DNA of 64,000 nt from Planctomycetota bacterium (GTDB taxonomy: Bacteria > Planctomycetota > UBA8108 > UBA1146), in NCBI GenBank assembly GCA_036338595.1, contig JAYZBV010000072.1:1-64000 (forward strand), written 5' to 3'. Below the pieces are notes generated by a model. It did not search any database, was not told where the DNA came from, and saw only the letters and a program-made list of their open reading frames with translations. Below are positions 61,719 to 64,000 of the stretch, piece after piece (positions within the stretch are counted from its first letter, which is position 1; each line of letters begins with the position of its first letter). Made by a program: the position numbers and the translations under genes.

Positions 61719-62887
61719 AGACTTCTCGACTGGTGCTTCTGATCATCACCGGGTTGTGGGTTGTTGCTCCCATCCCTGCGCAGGATGTTCAAAAACAACC
61801 TTCCACGACCGACAAACCACTGCCGCCTGGATATTCCATCCCGATCGTCGACCTCACAGACGATGTCGATGGGGTGATCACGATCGATCGAGAGAAGGGG
61901 CAATATCTCGGCCATCCGACCGCGGTACTGCTCGAGGATGATCGCACCATCTTGTGTGTGTACCCGAAGGGGCACGGGCGTGGAGCGATCGTCTACAAGA
62001 AGAGCACCGATGGTGGCAAGACATGGAGCGACCGACTACCGACACCTGAAAACTGGGCCTCTTCAAAGGAGGTTCCGACGATTCATCGCGTCGTCGATGG
62101 AGATGGCAACAAGAGGTTGATCGTCTGGTCTGGTCTGTATCCAGCGCGACTCGCCGTCAGCGAGGATGATGGCACATCCTGGAGCCCACTAGAGCCAGCG
62201 GGGCAGTGGGGGGGCATCGTCGTCATGGGGTCGGTAGCGAGACTTTCCGATGGTCGGTATGCGGCCTGGTTCCATGACGATGGTCGGTTTTTCCGATCCA
62301 AGCGCGGGGCTGCCCGCTTCGATGTTTTTCAGACCCTTTCCATCGATGGAGGATTGACCTGGTCGGAACCGGTCTCGATAGCTCATCGCCCGGATGTTCA
62401 CCTCTGTGAGCCTGGTTTCATCCGATCCCCGGATGGAAAGACCATCGCTTTGCTGATGCGAGAAAATAGCCGCACCCGGAACTCATTTGTCATCTTCAGT
62501 GAGGATGAAGGGAGCAGTTGGTCCGACCCGAGAGAACTTCCCGCTGCTCTCACGGGCGATCGTCACACTGCCACGCACACCAGCGATGGACGTCTCTTCA
62601 TCTCGTTTCGGGATACGACGCGAAAGAGTGAAACCAAAGGGGATTGGGTCGGCTGGGTCGGTCAGTGGCAAGACATCGTGGATGGAACAGAGGGCCAGTA
62701 TCGTGTTCGATTGATGGACAACCACGTCAGCGGTGATTGCGCCTATCCAGCCGTGTTGCAGCAAGAGGATGGCACCATCATCGTCATCACATACGGTCAC
62801 TGGACACCGAAAGAAAAACCCTGGATCGCCTGTCGACGCTTCACCATGGCACAACTCGATGCCAGGTTGGATGCGGCCAAGGAGTGA
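61715..62887 (+). CDS. Secreted sialidase-like BNR/Asp-box protein
   Basis: Asp boxes STDGGKTW, SEDDGTSW, SIDGGLTW, SEDEGSSW; CEP; CAYP; signal peptide. Confidence 0.85.
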   Translation: MKTSRLVLLIITGLWVVAPIPAQDVQKQPSTTDKPLPPGYSIPIVDLTDDVDGVITIDREKGQYLGHPTAVLLEDDRTILCVYPKGHGRGAIVYKKSTDGGKTWSDRLPTPENWASSKEVPTIHRVVDGDGNKRLIVWSGLYPARLAVSEDDGTSWSPLEPAGQWGGIVVMGSVARLSDGRYAAWFHDDGRFFRSKRGAARFDVFQTLSIDGGLTWSEPVSIAHRPDVHLCEPGFIRSPDGKTIALLMRENSRTRNSFVIFSEDEGSSWSDPRELPAALTGDRHTATHTSDGRLFISFRDTTRKSETKGDWVGWVGQWQDIVDGTEGQYRVRLMDNHVSGDCAYPAVLQQEDGTIIVITYGHWTPKEKPWIACRRFTMAQLDARLDAAKE

Positions 62888-62890
62888 CGA

Positions 62891-63562
62891 CTATCTGCTG
62901 ATGAGTTCCAGGATCTCCACGGCCCGCTCGAGAAACTCCTCGAACTGTCCCTGCTCCTTGGCATACTTCCCGGGCTTGTAGATCAGGATCTGCTGCTCCT
63001 TGATGTCGACATGGATCATGTCGTTATTCTCGAAGTACTCCCTCACCTCCGGGCGAAACAGATCACGGATGGCATCTTCATCGGTTCCCCTGAGACGGTA
63101 CTTCTTGCTGAATGCCGGATGCGCACTGAAATCGAAGTCCTGCGCACCGAAGTACTCCTTGAAACGATCGAGCACACCCTCTGCACACAGCTCCAGATCG
63201 GGAAATCGCTTGCTGTTTTCCAGGATCACCACCGTCTGGCGCACGGTGTGAGCAGATTTACCGGTACTGACGACATAACTGAATTCGAAGGCGACCAGTG
63301 GGTGGCCCCTGTATGACCCTCGAGCGACGCTTCGAGCGCCCTTGGCAGACCCCCATTTCCCGAGCGGGTGTGGTGCCAGCAACTCGCCCGCAGAAGGGTC
63401 AGAATCTCCCTGAAAGGACAGTCCGAGACGCTCTACCTCGATACCAATTCTGGCAGCGCGCATCTTCTCGGTCTTCTTCTGGTGCTTGACCAGCCACCAC
63501 ACCAGCAAGATCACGCCGACGAAGCCGAGCGAAAGATAAATGATCTTTTCGACTTCACTCAT
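62891..63562 (-). CDS. Hypothetical protein with an N-terminal TM helix
   Basis: 223-aa ORF 6 nt downstream of the methyltransferase on the same strand; GAQDFDF..HPAFSKKYRL motif. Confidence 0.7.
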   Translation of the reverse strand: MSEVEKIIYLSLGFVGVILLVWWLVKHQKKTEKMRAARIGIEVERLGLSFQGDSDPSAGELLAPHPLGKWGSAKGARSVARGSYRGHPLVAFEFSYVVSTGKSAHTVRQTVVILENSKRFPDLELCAEGVLDRFKEYFGAQDFDFSAHPAFSKKYRLRGTDEDAIRDLFRPEVREYFENNDMIHVDIKEQQILIYKPGKYAKEQGQFEEFLERAVEILELISR

Positions 63563-63568
63563 CGGAGA

Positions 63569-64000
63569 TCATTTCTTGCAGTGGTAAGCAAAGGCCGGGG
63601 GAAGGTTGCGCCAGGCGAGCGGAGTGCGTTCGACCTGACCGAACAAGGCCTCGAGAAGGTGTCGAAAGGCACGGGCCCTTGGCAACAGGTGCATGCCACC
63701 GTATGCAAAGGTCACGAATCGTCCATTCGGAGCCAGAATGCCATGAACCTCGGACAGGATGCTCTCCTGAACCGTCTCGGGAAAAGCAGCCCAGGGCAGT
63801 CCCGAGACGACGACATCGACAGCTTCGATACCTCGGTGGTGTAGCAAGTGAACCAGGTTTTCAGCATCGCCCTCGATGATCTCGATGTGGTCAAACCGCT
63901 GCCGCAATTCTGCGAGGAATACGGGGTTCTTCTCGATTGCGATGAACTTCGCTTCCGGGGAGATGCGCTTCAGGATCCCGCTGGTGAAGGCGCCCGTACC
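63569..64000 (-). CDS. PmtA/OlsG-like lipid N-methyltransferase (5'-truncated by the window edge)
   Basis: Frame is open to 64000: GTGAFT...IEKNPVF...GDA...VVVSGLPW...FVTFAY...WRNLPPAFAY. Confidence 0.8.
   Translation of the reverse strand, partial: GTGAFTSGILKRISPEAKFIAIEKNPVFLAELRQRFDHIEIIEGDAENLVHLLHHRGIEAVDVVVSGLPWAAFPETVQESILSEVHGILAPNGRFVTFAYGGMHLLPRARAFRHLLEALFGQVERTPLAWRNLPPAFAYHCKK

Overview
A GC-rich bacterial chromosomal window, probably from an uncultured Planctomycetota (inferred from C-terminal dockerin-like domains, a planctomycete-style Ser/Thr kinase and the peptidase content). I see no integrase, transposase, CRISPR array or rRNA. The most unusual feature is a 13-gene flagellum-derived type III export operon (16700-30273): fliF fused to a partial fliG, then fliH, fliI, fliJ, fliO, fliP, fliQ, fliR, a truncated flhB, flhA, flhF, flhG and fliA. 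The export gate, ATPase complex and polar-placement genes are intact and tightly coupled. The torque domain of FliG, the NPTH switch domain of FlhB, and all rod, hook, stator, C-ring, FliK and flagellin genes are missing from the locus. This suggests a repurposed, motor-less secretion or appendage platform. Also present are a selenocysteine locus (selA, a Sec-containing selD with UGA17 and a SECIS-like hairpin, tRNA-Sec, and a distant YedE-family gene), a bacillithiol operon headed by a SAM methyltransferase (candidate N-methyl-bacillithiol pathway), a JAB-DinG helicase fusion, an M1-M28-PDZ double peptidase, a HypA-like mini-protein without metal ligands, two dockerin proteins, tRNA-Ser and housekeeping genes (metH, HU, priA, proS, mog, UbiD family). 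All calls come from motif recognition by eye. No database searches were run.
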